Assembly (NCBI GenBank): GCA_963514005.1
Contig: OY740783.1
Span: forward strand, 119,846,001-119,910,000
Length of the DNA stretch: 64,000 nucleotides
From: Raja brachyura
Taxonomy: Eukaryota
Reading direction: 5' to 3'
Of the stretch, positions 62,001 through 64,000 are shown in pieces. The translations under genes and the position numbers were made by a program. Numbering within the stretch: position 1 is the first letter of the stretch; each line of letters opens with the position of its first letter. A model generated the notes under the pieces. The model made no database searches. It was not told where the DNA came from and saw only the letters and a program-made list of their open reading frames with translations.

Positions 62001-64000
62001 GGATAAATGCCCGAAGACGTTATCCATAAGTGTAGGAGGGGAATCCTCTTGGCCTGACTCATCTGAGTACACAGGCCTCTCAGACTTGCATTTGGCTTTG
62101 CCCCCTTTCGGGGTTGCCAAAGTGCTTTGAACAAGCACCAAGTATGAAGTCGCTGACCGCATTGTCAGCGACTCTGACGGCGAAACCGACGGCCGCCAGC
62201 TACCCGCACCCCCGCGGTCCTCCGTAGCCGGTTTCCCCACGGCCCATCTTGGTTTGTTCGCCTTGGACTTATCCATAATCAGCGACCACTGTGAAGAAAA
62301 GATATCCAAAAAACACGACCTCAGAATAAGTTAAAAAACTTACCTGTGAGGTTTTTAAAACTTACTGCTGGGGGAGCGACGCACCTCCCAGTCAGTCGTG
62401 CGCCATGCGTTAGACGTATTGACGCCAATGCGGGCTGGCGGGCATCTTCACGTAGTTACTCACGTGACCATTTAAAATAATCCATCATTCTGCATATAAA
62501 TCACAATATTTCTTCGCTAGTTTAGCCTCACTAAGCCCTCACTAAAGTAGCCCTGATGTGAGCTAGAGATAGGAAACTATTTTTAAAAGTTGATCTAAGA
62601 AGGCTTTTCCTGTCATTATCTGTTATCCAAAGATTTAAAAACATTTCTGGCTATTTTCATTTAAAATAAGTTTTCTTTACTGGGGATGATAATGATAATT
62701 GGAATTGACTCTTCGATAATGAAGTTCTCCACGTTCCCTCCACTTAGATTATCACTGTTTTGCTTTATTATGTTAATTCTTATTTTAACCAGCTGGCTTG
62801 TTAATATCCCATTGCCTGTGTGCTGCTGTTCCAGTACTGAAGAATATTCCTTGCAGTGTAAAGAGACAGCAGGAGAGGGTGTGAATCCTGGCAGATTTCA
62901 GCTCTAGCCAGTTTAAAGCTGTTGGATTTGAAAGTAAATTCATTTGAACATGTGCATTCTTTTCTAATCACATATGTGCCAAAGGTAGAGAATCTGCCTC
63001 ACCGCGCCAGGAATCCGGCTTCGGTCCTTGGGTGCTGTCTGTGTGGACTTTTCACGTTCTCCCTGTGACCGCGTGGGTTGCGTCCGGGTGCACCACATCC
63101 CAAAGACATGAGGATTTGTAGGTTAATTATCCTCTGTAAATTGCTCCGAATGTGCAGGGGGTGGATGAGAAAATGGGATAACATAGAATTTGTGTGGACG
63201 GGTAATCAATGGTTGGCGTAGACTCTGTGGGATGAGGTGCCAGTTTCCATGCTGTATCTCTAGACTGAAAATAAGCAAAGACTTGCACCTACCCCCCCAG
63301 TATGCAGGAAAATAACTTTCTATTCTTTTGGATCTTGCTCCTTCTGTATGGAAAAATGAAGTTTTCAGCTTAACAAAAGGATTAGGAGTAGAGGAAGCCA
63401 TACAATTCTTTGCAACTTCTCTGCTGTTGAATAAGACCAAGCTTGATAGAATCTTGGCCGCATCTCCATATTCCTACCTGCTTGTCCTAATCCTTGATTT
63501 CCATAAAGGATACAAATCTATGGATCTCACCATTGGTTACACTGAATGGTAAAATTTAATATTTTCTCTTCCCACAGATGCAGCCTGACCTGCTGAGTAT
63601 TTGCAACATTTTATGTTTTTACATTATATTTCCAGCATCTGCAGTTTCTTTTTAATTTTTAGCAGACATTAGGTGCTTTTCTTGGCAATGGTCATAATCA
63701 ATAGTCTGGAAAGGATTGCCAGAATAGGAAATTTACACCAGAACACTGAAGCCATCTCAGATGCAGCAGAAACTGGAATAGGGTTCTGGAAACATGATTT
63801 GAACAAGTTAAAAAGCATTTTTCACCCCTACTAATGTCATGATCTGCAGATTTGCTGTGGTTCTGTGACACTGCTATTAATATTGCCACTGACGTTTGCT
63901 CAGATAATCATACCTTATTATCAAACATATTTAATCTGTTCGACAAACAACACTGTCAGATTCCTTCAGCAAAGAGAACAAAATAATGATTCAATCCTGG

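Larger units (their letters stand above)
57185..62480 (-). mobile_element. DIRS-type tyrosine-recombinase retrotransposon (gag, RT/RNase H/MT, YR), decayed and internally deleted
   Basis: gag LLFGEDLPKQVKDL; RT VGGRLHLFLHEW, INLKDAYYSVP; RH YLPGRFNPVADTMS; MT DIDLFASRLN; YR HSTRAA..AGWSNERTFQTFY. Inverted termini 57251-57274 vs 62445-62468 match 23/24. Confidence 0.92.

Noticed and set aside
63328-64000. Possible next POLN exon
   Set aside because: 63328-63552 overlaps a decayed CR1 tail; the acceptor at 63662 leads to stops in the required phase.

Overview
Vertebrate genomic DNA, almost certainly from an elasmobranch (skate, ray or shark), judged by HE1-type V-SINEs, HER1/CR1 LINEs and Neptune-type Penelope relics. 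The window holds the 5' part of the HAUS3/POLN locus on the + strand. A CpG-island promoter (~14.6-16.6 kb) leads into a non-coding exon 1 (donor 15397). HAUS3 is complete, with 4 coding exons and 605 aa (18854-29820). It is nested ahead of the first three inferred coding exons of POLN (37838-37979, 52857-52965, 54455-54642). The most unusual feature lies in intron 1 (15629-17335): a 33/39-nt degenerate repeat array. It reads both as ~25 same-strand NF-Y-type CCAAT boxes and as an uninterrupted 568-codon Pro/Met-rich 'PMG'-repeat ORF, so it may be a hidden third cistron or a dual-coding regulatory array. Also present: a nearly intact full-length L1 at the junction of an apparently identical >=1.1-kb duplication, Penelope-derived hammerhead-ribozyme cores (one in a perfect 94-bp hairpin), a Tc1 nested in a DIRS element, a split CR1, and several non-autonomous DNA transposons. 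All calls were made by eye; repeat boundaries are approximate.
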